Below the pieces are notes generated by a model. It was given only the letters and a program-made list of their open reading frames with translations. It was not told the DNA's origin and did not search any database. From NCBI GenBank assembly GCA_964016885.1, contig OZ024740.1, positions 17,918,001-17,982,000 on the forward strand: a stretch of DNA of 64,000 nucleotides, given 5' to 3'. A program made the translations under genes and the position numbers. Each line of letters starts with the position of its first letter. Within the stretch, counting starts at the first letter, position 1. This stretch comes from Eledone cirrhosa. Its lineage: Eukaryota. Shown piece by piece: positions 1 through 12,268 of this stretch.

Positions 1-122
1 ACTGGAGCAACATGAAAAAAAGTGTCTTGCTTAAGGATGGAACGCATCACGCAGTCTGATAATCAAACTCCCAACCTCATGATTGCAAGCCCAACACTTT
101 AACCACTAAGTCATAAGGCTTC
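1..122 (-). mobile_element. Diverged partial CORE-type tRNA-SINE (head and core)
   Basis: Reverse complement resembles the SINE head (cttagtggttaaagtgttgggcttgcaatc) and core (ccttaagcaagacact...ttgctccagt) of the copies at 1461, 12269 and 17064. Confidence 0.65.
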
Positions 123-687
123 ACAAAAAGTATCAGTCCAGCAAGTATGTGGAATTGTGAGAGAAATACATAAGATGCCTTCAATATTTTCTATATTTCA
201 TCTGCCTGTCACCCACCTCGTGGATTGTTTCTCTGCTGACCACTGGCCACTGATCTCTGAGGCATTTTTGCCCTTGGCTGTCATTGACAACATTTGGCTA
301 TTTTAATAAATGTTCTAGTGATGAGTTTTCTCATTTTTCTATGAATTCCAATATACTCTCGCTTCATCTCGATCAGAGACAACAATATTTATTCATGCTT
401 TCCAGCATTTGTTTTGACCTTTTGTGACATATTTGGGTGGTGGACTCTTAACACCACCACTTGACCTTTAGACACTTTTAGTGGAGTCCAATCAGTTGCA
501 AGAGTTTGACCCATGTCTCAAGTTTAAGGATATCCTCCTCTCTTTTTACATCCCTCCTAATTTCTAAAGCCCTAAATAGGGTTACGAGCACAGACTTTCC
601 TTCCCAGACAAAACAGTATAAAAGTTTCTTCTTTTTCTCATGTAAGAAAAATAGGCACATGAAAATTATTTCATTTTTTTTTCTCAA

Positions 688-908
688 CCCTTTAGCATTT
701 AAACCAGCCATATCCGGCCAGAATTCTTTCACCTATTTCTGTTCAAACTGGCTGTTAGCAGCCACTCATACTGATGTTAAGGTATGGTTCTCAAAGTAAA
801 GAATATCAAAGTCCCATAGATTCGATACTATGTGAGATAATTATGTGAGGTAAAGCCTTTACCATGAAAATATAATACTAAATATAGAGTAATGTAAATG
901 CTAAAGGG
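688..908. mobile_element. piggyBac-type MITE, about 220 bp (copy 1)
   Basis: 14-bp TIR CCCTTTAGCATTTA/TAAATGCTAAAGGG, flanked by TCAA and TTAA. Homologous full copies at 32532-32739 and 35134-35354. Confidence 0.8.
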
Positions 909-943
909 TTAAAGCTATAAGTTGTTCCAGATGTTATATTGTT

Positions 944-1200
944 TAACCCTTTTGATATCAAATCACCAGAAATTGCCTGGAAGTGCTTGAAACTACCTAA
1001 AGCCACCAGAAACTGCTCGAAACCAGCAGAAACTGCTTGGAACCACCTGAAACTACTAGAAACTGCCTAAAACCACCAAAAACTGCTTGAAACTGCCAGA
1101 AACCATCAGAAAACTGCCTGAAACTACCATAAAACTGCCTGGAACTACCATAAAACTGCCTGAGAACACCAGAAACTGGCCCTGGTTCTGTGATACAGAA
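944..1200. repeat. Degenerate 10/20-bp tandem repeat (aaactgcctgaaactacca) just inside a TTAA-CCCTTT MITE-like end
   Basis: ttaaccctttt at about 944 is followed by about 10 imperfect copies of gaaac(t/c)(g/a)cc units. Confidence 0.6.
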
Positions 1201-1294
1201 TTATTTTATGGTGTTTTTATTTATCTAAAACTATTCCAGTATAAATTAATGTAAGAACCTTTACTAAGTTATGTTCCAAACACAAACTTAATAA

Positions 1295-1430
1295 TGGTTT
1301 CTAATGTAGGTAGAAGGCCAACAATTTTGAGAGGAGGAGTAAGTCGATTAAATCAACCCCAGTACGAAACTGGTACTTTATTTTATCGACCCTTGTAGGA
1401 TGAAAGGCAGAGTGACCTCAGCAGGATTAA
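1295..1430 (-). mobile_element. Partial Deu/Nin-like tRNA-SINE
   Basis: Contains ctggtactttattttatcgaccc...aggatgaaaggca, shared with more than 10 copies in the window. Confidence 0.7.
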
Positions 1431-1460
1431 AGCTTAATAATGAGCTTAATAATGATTAAA

Positions 1461-1788
1461 GCTTAGTGGTTAGAGCAGTGGCCTTGCAATCGAAAGGTTG
1501 TGAGTTCCATTCTCAGACCAGGTGGTGTGTTGTTTCCTTGAGCAAGACACTTTATTTCACATTGCTCCAGTTTACTCAGCTGTAGAAATGAGATGACAGG
1601 GACTGGGGTCCCTATCATTCCACTGCAAAGTGGTCGTGGAGGTGCCACGGCAAAAAAGCGCCCATCACTCACTGTAAATGAGGTTGGTGTTAGGAAGGGC
1701 ATCCAGCTGTAGAAATCAAGCCAGAATCAGTTCCTGTCCCACCCTTGCAAGCAGGGAAAAGCGGACGTAAAATGAAATGAATGAATGA
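1461..1788 (+). mobile_element. CORE-type tRNA-SINE with RTE-derived 3' tail
   Basis: A-box remnant gcttagtgg, B-box-like gagttccattc, CORE-like ttccttgagcaagacactttatttcacattgctccagtttactcagctgtagaaatg, RTE 3'UTR-like tail and (gaat)n end. Near-identical to the copies at 12269 and 17064. Confidence 0.85.
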
Positions 1789-1938
1789 GCATGCTAATTA
1801 TATTATTAATTCCCTCTAAATTCATGATTATTTTCAAAATGATATAGAGGCTGTTTTAGTAGGGGTATGTATCTGAGAATGATTATAGTGTGTTAGGAGT
1901 ATCAGTCTTTGCCAATCAGCCATTTTGTATATAAATTA

Positions 1939-4625
1939 CTGGCATATACTCGCATATAGGTTGCACTTTTTTAACGATAAATAAGCAAACATTTTCGGGG
2001 TACGACCTATCCGATCGACATCAGACTGACCAATGATTTTTCATAGACTTAATCAACGATGGGTATTTATAAAAATAACTTTGTTAATATTTTTTATTAT
2101 TTAACATAATAATTTCATATATCTACCTTCTTATACATATATTTCTTGATTTAAAATTTTTTACTAAAACTTTGTAGTGTTTACGTTTTTTTCTATCTGA
2201 CCGAACCACCCGTCATTAAAATCCATAGAAATGCATACCCAGTATTTAAAATGTGATTTCATTGTCTTAGCGTTGCTATGAACATGTATTGTGACGTATT
2301 TACTTTAACAGGAAACAGAAAATTGCATGTGGCGTTTCTTTTCAAAATTAGCAAGTGAGAAAAGTTGATAGTTGAAATTTGAAATTTTTTTTTATAATTC
2401 ACTGAGAAATATGAATTCCGGTAAGAGATAAAGTTATCAAACAGTTTTCAAGTTAAAGGTGGTTGGTTATGCAGAAGAATTTGGAAATAGATCAGCAGAA
2501 AGGGAATTTGGAGTGTCAGAAAAGGTGGTGAGAAGTTGGAGGAAACAAAATGACAAGCTGGGAGAAATGCCTAAATCAAAGAGAGCAGCAAGGTTTGGAG
2601 TATCACCATATCAAGATCTTGAAAAAGAGATAAATGATTGGGTTTTAGATATCAGGGAAAATGGACACATTGTTACAAGACTTTCTATAAGAATGAAAGT
2701 CCTTCAACTTGCACCAAAGTACCACTTATCCCAATTTAAATTGTCAGCAGGGTGGTGCACCAGGTTTATGAATAGGTTTGGACTGACTCTTCGCCAAAAG
2801 ACACATATTTCACAAAAGTTGCCAAAAGATATTGATGACAAAGTACACAATTTTGTAAAATTTGTGTTAAAGGAAAGAAAAATGTTTGATTTTGCCATGG
2901 AGAATATAGCCAACATGGATGAAACACCCATGTACTTTGACAACACAACTGTGGATAGTGTAGGTAACAAAACTGTTACAGTCAAAACCACAGGTCATGA
3001 AAAACAACATTTTACTGTTCTAGCAAGCCAGGCTGATGGAACAAAACTTCGCCCTATGGTTATTTTCAAAAGGAAAATTATGCCGAAAGAGAATTTTCCA
3101 AGGGATATGATTGTGAAGGTACATCCGAAGGGCTGGATGGACGAGAACTTAACAAAGTTATGGCTTGATGAAGTGTGGATGAAAAGGCCAGGGGCATTAC
3201 TGAAGCCACGAAGTTTGCTAGTTTGGGATATGTTTCGATCTCACTGCTGTGAGTCTGTAAAGGCTAAGCTGAAGGATTGTAAAACAAGACAAGCAGTGAT
3301 TCCTGGTGGTTGCATCTCAGTCTTACAACCCCTTGATGTGGCAGTAAATAAGCCCTTCAAGACTTATATCCATAAACTCTGGACTTCTTGGATGATATCA
3401 GGTGAAAAAGAAATTACCAAAGGTGGATCATTGAAAAGACCTGGCTTGAGATTAGTGGTGGAGTGGGTGAAGGAGGCTTGGGAAAGTATCCCTGAAGAGC
3501 TAATAATGAAGGCTTTAAAAAAATGTGGCTTATCAAATGCGATGGACGGGAATGAAGATGATGTGAGGATTTAGTTGGTGAAAAGACAGAAAATGCAGAG
3601 AGTCATGAGGGAGATGATATTGAAGAATGTGAAGATGAATTGAATGACTATTATAACGAATGCACAGTTACAGATGACGAAATGAAAAAAACTATTAATT
3701 AACAGGTGTAAAAGTAATAACTTTATGGATAAACACAAACATTTAAACTTTATCTGCCTTACATGTTAGATTTGTTGCAAAAAATTCAATAATGACCTAG
3801 GTGTTGACTTCCATCAATTCTAGCAGTTTTCCGAACAGGTGAATTAATTTAAAATGCAGATATAATCAGTACAAGGTTTTAGTCCTTCTCTACATTCCAG
3901 GCAAAATATTTTCATTGAAAAAAATGTATAAAACCTTTTCACCAGTCAAAATAATATTTGCAATGTACCCTTACACAATGTACGGTGTAAATTTACGTAA
4001 CAGAGTGTTCCCAATATATAAGTTCATTAACAGGTGTGAACATGTATTGGTGTTGTATCTTTCAACCACGTTGCTGTAATATTTTCAATGGTGTCCGTCA
4101 GATCTTTGCTTTCACTTTCAAAGTAACTATCATCATCAGAAAAAAATACGTCTGATTCATTTGAAGATAAATCACTAATATTTTGCGTTTCTTTTTCATT
4201 TCGAATGTCGTCGCATGTAAAACCTTCAAAGTCGGTATTCACTACTTTGGGAAGCCATGTTGATATGCTAAAAATCTGTTATACTTTCAACGTTAAAAAA
4301 GAAGTGTTATTTCAAGTTGTTTCACTATATTAAGAGTTAATTTTCACGCTTAAAGGTTTTATCTCGCAGTAATCTCGAATTGACGAGATTTCGATGACGT
4401 TAATATTTATTTTATAAATAAAACAAGGTTTGGAGTATATATCGCAACGGCGAAGTAATGGAAAGCTAACAGATTATTAGTTTCAATTATCATAAAAAAT
4501 AGTAGTTTGACGGCCCAAATTTCAGTGCGACCTATCTGCGAGTCAATGGCAAATAGCCTATTTGTTAAATGAAAAGTGGGTATGCGACCTATCTGCCGGG
4601 GCGACCTATACGCGAGTATATACGG
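1939..4625 (+). mobile_element. pogo-superfamily DNA transposon (Tc2/Passer-like), about 2.7 kb, with TIRs and TA TSD
   Basis: Left end TA|ctggcatatactcgcatataggttgc and right end gcgacctatacgcgagtatatacgg|TA are imperfect inverted repeats. Subterminal cgacctat motifs lie near 2003, 4528, 4584 and 4601. The element encloses the transposase ORF. Confidence 0.88.
2411..3574 (+). pseudogene. DD35D pogo transposase (Brinker-like DBD, CENP-B HTH, DDE_1), disabled
   Basis: The in-frame ATG at 2411 is followed by a premature TAA at 2429-2431 (MNSGKR*SYQTVFKLKVVGYAEEFGNR). Motifs include SAGWCTRFMNR, NMDETP, LVWD and QPLD, with 35 residues between the last two Asp. An acidic tail continues past the stop at 3574. 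Confidence 0.88.
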
Positions 4626-4642
4626 TATATATATATATATAT

Positions 4643-4830
4643 ATAAGCTTTTCTGGGTGGGGAATGACAATGGGATAGGTGGGGTAGGAATCATGTTAGC
4701 AGAAAAATGGGTGGATAAGATAATAGACGTAAATAGAGTGAATGACAGAATAATTAAAATAAGACTTGTTCTAAACAGAACTACTGTGACAGTAATATCT
4801 GCATATGCACCCCAATCCGGACTGCCTGGC
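4643..4830 (+). mobile_element. Inverted fragment of the RTE endonuclease region
   Basis: Encodes YKLFWVG...GVGIMLAEKWVDKIIDVNRVNDRIIKIRL...SAYAPQ. It is the reverse complement of about 6311-6497 with scattered substitutions. Confidence 0.9.
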
Positions 4831-6740
4831 TTTCTCCAAGTCGACAAAAGCTAAGTATAGGGGTTTACTTTTAGCTAGGTACTTCTCCTGTAGTTGTCGT
4901 ACAATGAAAAGAGCGTCTGTGGTACTTTTACCTGACAGAAACCCGAACTGCATTTCATCTAGATCAATTCTCTCTCTGATTAGTTGCGCTATTACTTTTT
5001 CTGTGACCTTCATGACCTGGTCGATTAATTTAATGCCTCTATAGTTACTCCTATCTAGGGCATCTCGTTTACCCTTATAGCAGTTAATGATGATGCTGCT
5101 ACGCCAGTCTTTCGGAACAAAGCCATTCTGTATGACTTGGTTTACTATCCGGGTGACCATGGTGTGTCCTACCGAACCAGATGCCTTCAGCATCTCAGCA
5201 ACTATTTCCGAAGGCCCAGCCGCCTTACCCGTCTTCATATCTTTGATTGCCTTACTTATTATACTACCTTCGACTAACACTGCTGGTCCCTCTATTGGGT
5301 CGATGTGGGGGAGACGCTCTTTCTCCCATTTATTCTCCTCATTTAGTAGCCTTTCGTAGTGACACTTCCAAGCTACCTTCTTATCAGCGTCAGTGATGGC
5401 AAGTACACCATCATCATTAAGGACACACTTCTCCCCGACAATATCACGGTTTTCCTTGACACATTGCCTAGCAATCCTGAACACCTCACGTTTTTGGTCC
5501 TCGCGTTGTAGAACATGCTTGAACTTTCTTTCCTCTGCTTCCCTTCTTGCGAAGTACACTTGTCTCCTAGCTTCCCTCCTGGCCACTTGATAGTCTTCTC
5601 TACTTCCCCCATCCCGCCATACTTTCCAAGCCTGCTTTTTGGCCTTGATTGACTCCTCCACCTTACTGTTCCACCACCATGTTACTCTCCTCCTGCCTAT
5701 AGGCCTGCTCCAGCCACAGACTTCGTCTGCCGCCATCAGCAGGTTTGCTTTCAGGAATTCCCACTGTTCCTCTATATTGTACGACTCTAAATGCTCTTCC
5801 TTACTGTCGAAAGCATCAAGTAATATGCTTTTAAATTTATTTCTGGCTGTGGGGTCCTTTAGCTTCCATATTTTTCTCCTGAGGATAGTTGTCTTCTGCT
5901 GTCTAGTACGTCTCGTCCTGACTATTAGGTCGCTAATTATCAGTCTATGTTGGGAGGTGCATTCTTCACGGGGGAGGGATTTAGTGTTTACAACAGACAC
6001 TGTCACGTCTTCTTGTAAGGATATAATCTACCTGGCTGGTATGTTCCCCTGATCTGTAGGTGATCAAGTGACTGTCTCGTTTTTTGAAGTTAGTGTTACA
6101 GATAGTTAGGTTATTTGCATCACAGAATTCCAGGATTCTGGAGCCTTCCTCGTTTCTAGTACCAAACCCATAGCCTCCGTGGATTCCATCATAACCATCA
6201 CAATGTTGTCCAACGTGACCATTTAGGTCGCCAGCAATAATTATATCGTCACTGTTGGTTATTTGGGAGGTAGTGAGCATCAGTGTCTCATAGATTCTGT
6301 CTTTTATAGCGCCAAGCAGTCTGGATTGGGGTGCGTACGCAGATATTACTGTCACAGTAGTTCTATTTAGAACAAGTCTTATTTTAATTATTCTGTCATT
6401 CACTCTATTTACATCTATTATCTTATCCACCCATTTTTCTGCTAACATGATTCCTACCCACCCAGCCCATTGTCATTTCCCACCCAGAAAAGCTTATAGC
6501 ATCGTTTTTTACCCACAATGAATCTAGCAGACCCGCCCCTCTTGGATACAGCAAACATCAACCTCCTTACGTTCAAGCATTTCTACAACCTCGTTAGAGC
6601 GGCCTTTTAAGGTGCCTACATTCATGGTACCAACTCTGAAGTTTTGGATTGTGTTTGGAGGATGGGGCGCAGGGAGGGGTGAGGGGGATGGGGTTGGGGT
6701 TATGTTGGCCATCCGCGGCCGCAACAAAGAGGAGGGGGCC
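4828..6740 (-). mobile_element. RTE-clade LINE, 5' part (APE endonuclease to start of RT), frameshifted and 3'-truncated
   Basis: ATG at 6712, then GTMNVGTL, CCIQE, AGDLN, SQVDYIL, SQHRL, NYRGIKL, QFGF and AFVDLEKA. The element stops before YADD. Confidence 0.92.
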
Positions 6741-7239
6741 TATATATATTTATATATATATAAATATATATATATATTTACATGGAAAGTTATATTTAAA
6801 TTGTTGGGTTAACAACGAGTAAATATTTATAACTGATATAAAAGCACTCAACAAGTATTTGGAGTATATTTATGATATTAAATAACTGATATATATATTT
6901 ATATAGTCTGTCCCCTACAAACATCTCACATAACATTACACCATAACTATTCCACCCCAACTGACCCTGTTCTCTTGTATATTATTCCAAAACACATCAA
7001 AGAAGAGACAGGTATCATAACATTCAAATGGTTGAGAGACAAATTCCTCCAAGAAATTCCAGATAAATCACCTACAACAGGACATATTTTCACCACCAAC
7101 CATAATTCTTTAGTTGAGTGGGCAATGGTGGCCAAAGTTTGAGTGAAATATGTGACATGATTTAAAAGACTTTTGACAGGTGGTGTTGTTAGATGTGGCC
7201 TTGGTCAATACTGGCTGAAACCTACCAAAGTTGTATATA

Positions 7240-7400
7240 TGAGAGAGAGAGGGAAGGAGAGAGAGAGAATGGGAGTGAGAGAGAATGAGAAGGAGAGAGA
7301 ATGGGAGGAGAGAGAGAGAGAGAATGGGAGGAGAGAGAGAGAAAATGGGAGGGAGAATGAGAGAGAGAGTGAAGGGAGAAAATAGAAAATAAAAGAGAAA
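7240..7400. repeat. GA-rich low-complexity tract
   Basis: Imperfect (GA)n. Confidence 0.85.
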
Positions 7401-7432
7401 GAAATATGAAAACAACAAAGTATAAAACTTAC

Positions 7433-9586
7433 TTGGGGTCAACAAATTGTTTTATCATTTGTTTGTCAGGAAATGTAATAAATATTTCCTTCTTTGGAAT
7501 CGGTGGCAGCATTGGTTTGGCTTTGATGGTAGAAGGATGTTTCTGGTTCTCTGCTGAAATCCCTTTAACATTGGTCTCATCCATTGGATTTACTTTCAAT
7601 GCCCTTGCTACTGTAGATGGTGATGGGGGCTGTTTGGCTCCTAATGGCAGTGCAAGAGGAGTTTTTGGTGACTTTGGTGCTATTTTTGTTGGTGTGTTAT
7701 TTTCAATGTGTTTTAGTGGTGTCTTTACCTGGAAGCTGGTGTCTACGTTTGCAGGGTTGTATAGTCCTTGTGGTCCAAACTTTCTTGGACTTGAAGAACT
7801 ATAGCTGTTACGGCGTAAGTTGTGTCTCTGGTCTTCATTGCTGTACTCATCGGAGCACATTGTCATGTAGCCTTCCTGTTCGTATGGTGGGTTATTATGA
7901 GGACTTTGAAACGGGTGTCTACCATTTGGAGATGCATTAGAAGGGTAACTATCAAACTGGTTATTGCTATTTTCTATGGGATATGAGTTGAAATTATCCG
8001 GTGAACATAGTTCTCTTGTGGGAGAATAATGGCCTTGACCCTTTGGAGCCATTTGATCGTTGAAGTTTGGGGATCTCTGGTTATGACCCATCATATTTTG
8101 ATTTGCATTAATTTTTTGTTGGTGAGGGGAGGAGTGCTGTACCCCCATTTGTGGAGAGGGGGCGCGATGATGTTTGTTTGCAGTATATTGTGCATTTGCT
8201 GGGCCATGCACATCTTGGGTATTTCTTGAAGGAGTTTGTTGATTATGTCTGCTTGCTGGAGGAGGAATCTGATATTGGGGGGAGCCAGGTCCATGTCCTG
8301 CCGGGGAATTTGTTACACCTACAGGAGGTTGTGACATGGGAAATTCTTCAGTATAATCGTAAGGATACTGTTGTCCTTGCATTGGGGTATTATAATAGTC
8401 TTGGGGGTTTTGTTGGTCAACAACTGGGGACATATTCCTAACATATCCACCCTGTTCCTTGTTTACACCCCTGTTTGGTGAAGAACCTTTCCGCTCCCTA
8501 GATCTGCTTCTGTGACTTCCAGAAGAAGTATAGGGACTTCTATCATTGATATTTGGAGGATAACTTCCTGAATCTCGGCGAGAACCTGGACTACTATAGT
8601 TTGGATTAAAGTGTGGTGATTGCTGACCATGATGTATTGGAGGCTGGTCAGTGAAACTAGGATGTCTGTAGCCATGTGACTGTTGTGTTGAGTTATCATA
8701 GTAGGGGTCAGGCTGGTAGTCGTCATCAAACATATCTTCATCATATTCTTCCTGGTTAAATCTATTTCTATTTTCAATTTGAATATTTGGATGAGAAATG
8801 TTTTCCGGTTGGAAATATTGGTCAGACTGTGGATAAGGTATATTTTGTCGAGGGGAACCACTGGGCTTTTGTACAGGAGATACTTGTGCACTATAGTGTG
8901 AGGTAGTGTTGAGATTTGTGGGTTTTGGCGACGGTGGGCTAGCATGACTGCGAGGTGAAGGCAAAGAAGACGGGTAGGATTGAAAACCTTGTTGTGGGTT
9001 CTGTGGTGAAGGTGCTCGATCTTTCTGAGGTGGGTATATATCACTGGCTAAAGTTTGTAGTGCCATTTTTGAGTGATGGGAAGGGCTTGGGCCTTGGAAT
9101 GAAGGTGAAGGGTTGGCCAAATGCTGTGGTGAGCGATTATAAGAATCAAAATCATGATGAGGACTTTGTGTTTGAGGAATAGTTCGGGCAACACCTTCAT
9201 CTGGTAAAGAAATTTGAGGGTTTCCAGTGGACACATCTTGCACCTGCTGATATGAGTGATTACCAGGGCTTAACTTTGGCAATGAAGTGGCACCACCATT
9301 GAAATTTCCCCTGGTATCAGTAACAGGGTCTATTACTGCAGCAATTTGACCCTTATTTGACACAACAGTAGGTTCAGTTTTGCTTCCAAGGGTCTGGTAT
9401 CTGTTTGGCTGTGTAGAATCTGCAGAACCTTGGTTTGTTGGCAAAGAAGCGGGTTTTCCTGCTATAGGAGCAGCTGTAGATTTTAGAGAGGGTTTGCTGG
9501 GAGTTTCATTTTCTCGTTTTGGGGACGACTTTTTAACCTTTCCCTTCATCACAATTACTGAACCCTTTTTAGGGGAAAGGGATTTT
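7433..9586 (-). CDS. Large internal coding exon of an unidentified host gene, encoding a Ser/Pro/Gln/Asn/His-rich, probably disordered region
   Basis: Stop-free and non-repetitive over 2.1 kb. Acceptor is cttttgttttacAG| after a polypyrimidine tract, and donor is AA|GTAAGT. The length, 2154 bp = 718 codons, gives a phase 2 to phase 2 exon. Confidence 0.85.
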
Positions 9587-10165
9587 CTGTAAAACAAAAG
9601 AAAAAGAGAAAAATATAGATATAGATTATGATTTACATAGAAAAATATTTGATACATATATTTGTATGAAGGATTGTATTGGATCTGATAATTCTGGCTA
9701 CTCCCGTCCCCGTTTCCTGAGGACAAGACTACATGCTAGACTGTAGAAGACAACAGAATGTCTTTCCACACAATTTTAATCTATGATCTTAAGTTGTATT
9801 CAGGTAATAGTCCCTATTTTTGCAGTTTTATCTGGAGGGTGCAGCCCCAAAACTGCCACGCCCTGGGCCCAGAACCCTCTACCCTTCCCCTCCTTTTCTT
9901 CTGTGGCCCTAGAGTCCTTGCTTTACCCCTCCTTTTCTTATAATTTATGGCCTTTTTAGTCATTTCTTTAGTAAATTAACTGCCATCAGATTCTACACAC
10001 ACTAAATCAACTACAATTATATTTACACCTTTCCTGCTGTTCGTCACTTCTAAGTGAATTATTCAACCAATAAAAAACATGAAAATAAAAAAAAAAAAGT
10101 CACAGCATTAAGAGAGAGTTGGAGCTGGTCACAGCATTCCTAGAGGGTATGGAACTGGAGTTTGG

Positions 10166-10402
10166 TCAGGGCATGGGTTGGATTTAGACCTTAGGGGGGC
10201 CGGGGCACTTCAGGTTTGGGAGCGCCCTCACACAAAAAATTAGAATACACAGCAACCCCCCCCCCCCCCACCTCACCACCAATTTTACATATCAAAATTA
10301 ATTAGGCGCAAATAACGAATTGAAAAGTTATACATACAGGTATTAAATTAAAACAGTTCTAACCATCCTAAAACTAAAAAGCCCAACTGAGGTCACATAA
10401 AT
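10166..10402. mobile_element. Truncated copy of the hAT-type MITE
   Basis: Colinear similarity to 46955-47150 (ggatttagacctt, ggggcacttcaggttt, aattttacatatcaaa, ttctaaccatcctaaaa). The right TIR is absent. Confidence 0.7.
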
Positions 10403-10421
10403 TGGTACGCCCATTGCTAGT

Positions 10422-11113
10422 GGTCAATTTGAACAGAAAGAAGTGAGAGAATTCTGGCCTCATATGGCCAGTTTGAAAGAAAGAGGTGAGAGAATTCTGG
10501 CCAGTTTGAAAAGAAAGAGGTGAGAGAATTCTGGCCAGTTTGAAAGAAAGAGGTGAGAGAATTCTGACCTGATATGGTCAGTTTGAAAGAAAGAGGTGAG
10601 AGAATTCTGGCCTGATATGGTCAGTTTGAAAGAAAGAGGTGAGAGAATTCTGACCTGATATGGTCAGTTTGAAAGAAAGAGGTGAGAGAATTCTGGCCTG
10701 ATATGGTCAGTTTGAAAGAAAGAGGTGAGAGAATTCTGACCTGATATGGTCAGTTTGAAAGAAAGAGGTGAGAGAATTCTGGCCTGATATGGTCAGTTTG
10801 AAAGAAAGAGGTGAGAGAATTCTGACCTGATATGGTCAGTTTGAAAGAAAGAGGTGAGAGAATTCTGGCCTGATATGGTCAGTTTGAAAGAAAGAGGTGA
10901 GAGAATTCTGGCCTGATATGGTCAGTTTGAAAGAAAGAGGTGAGAGAATTCTGGCCTGATATGGTCAGTTTGAAAGAAAGAGGTGAGAGAATTCTGACCT
11001 GATATGGTCAGTTTGAAAGAAAGAGGTGAGAGAATTCTGGCCTGATATGGTCAGTTTGAAAGAAAGAGGTGAGAGAATTCTGGCCTGATATGGTCAGTTT
11101 AAATGCTAAAGGG
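10422..11113. repeat. 43-bp minisatellite (about 16 units) grown from the subterminal part of a piggyBac-type MITE
   Basis: The unit ggtcagtttgaaagaaagaggtgagagaattctggcctgatat is the reverse complement of MITE positions about 702-749. The array runs directly into the TIR and TSD, taaatgctaaaggg|ttaa. Confidence 0.9.
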
Positions 11114-11416
11114 TTAAAACCACATTTTATAAAGCTTTTGTAGTGTCAGTGTTAGTACAAACATTTGATAACTGAAGATATCTATAAATTAAATATGAAA
11201 ACTAGGAATCACCATCTGGTAACCTCCATATTAACAATGACATTGACAGGGTGTAGGTTAAATGGAGGCAGATGAAGAAAAGGAATCCAAATGGACTTTA
11301 ACTGTTGTATCATACAAACATTTGTTGAATAGTAAATACAGAATTGAGTACATTACGGCGTCCTAAAACATACATATATACACATATAAACACATATATA
11401 TACACACACGTATATA

Positions 11417-12039
11417 TCATCATCATCATCATCATCAACGTTTAACGTCCGTGTTCCACGCTTGCATGGGTTTGGACGGGGGTAGTCCCACTTGAGGCAA
11501 GAGTGATTGTCTTGCTCGCATAGGACTGTCTGGCAGGTTTTCTACAGTTGGATGCCCTTCCTAACACCAACCACATTTACAGTGTGGGTCTGGGAGGTTT
11601 TTACCGTGTTGCCTACACGGCCACATTACAGCGTGTTTTTTTGTCGTGACACCTACACGATCTCATTTGTTTCGGCCTGGATGGTGTGGCACCAACACAA
11701 CTTTACATAGAACGGGGTGGCGTGGATGGGGTGGTGGGACGGGGGGCGGGGGGGTATTTTGTTAGAGATGCCTACTGGCTGTAGTAGGTTTTACTATGTA
11801 TTTAGGTAAGGCGGGTCTTCTCTGTTACTGAGTACCACCAAAGGTCTCGGTCCAGTGACATTGTCTTGGAGAGGTCGTCCCAGGTTTTTCTAGGTCTGCC
11901 TATTCCGTGGCTACCGTCTATCTTTATTACCCTGCACTTTGTTATACAGCTATCGACTTTCATGCGCATCACGTGTCCATACCAACGTAGCCTTCTCTCG
12001 AGTAAACAACATCTGATCCCTCTTATTTCTAATTTTTTC

Positions 12040-12040
<1 letters not shown>
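11417..12040 (-). mobile_element. RTE LINE 3' end (5'-truncated)
   Basis: RRLRWYGHVMRM, GRPRKTW, 3'UTR and (GAT)n tail. Confidence 0.9.
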
Positions 12041-12100
<60 letters not shown>

Positions 12101-12104
12101 GTAT

Positions 12105-12139
<35 letters not shown>

Positions 12140-12268
12140 CACGCTCACATATACACATACATATATACACATACACACCTACACCACCAACTTAAAGGAA
12201 AAGTTATAACTCTCAGATTACTATTTTGTGTGTGAGAGTGTGTGTATACATTTATATATATATATAAT

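Noticed and set aside
150-660. Possible further host exon or decayed transposase on the minus strand
   Set aside because: There is no sustained open frame or recognisable motif that I could support by eye.
9587-9726. N-terminal 46 codons of the 765-aa ORF
   Set aside because: They lie upstream of a strong splice acceptor and include the polypyrimidine tract, so they are intronic read-through.
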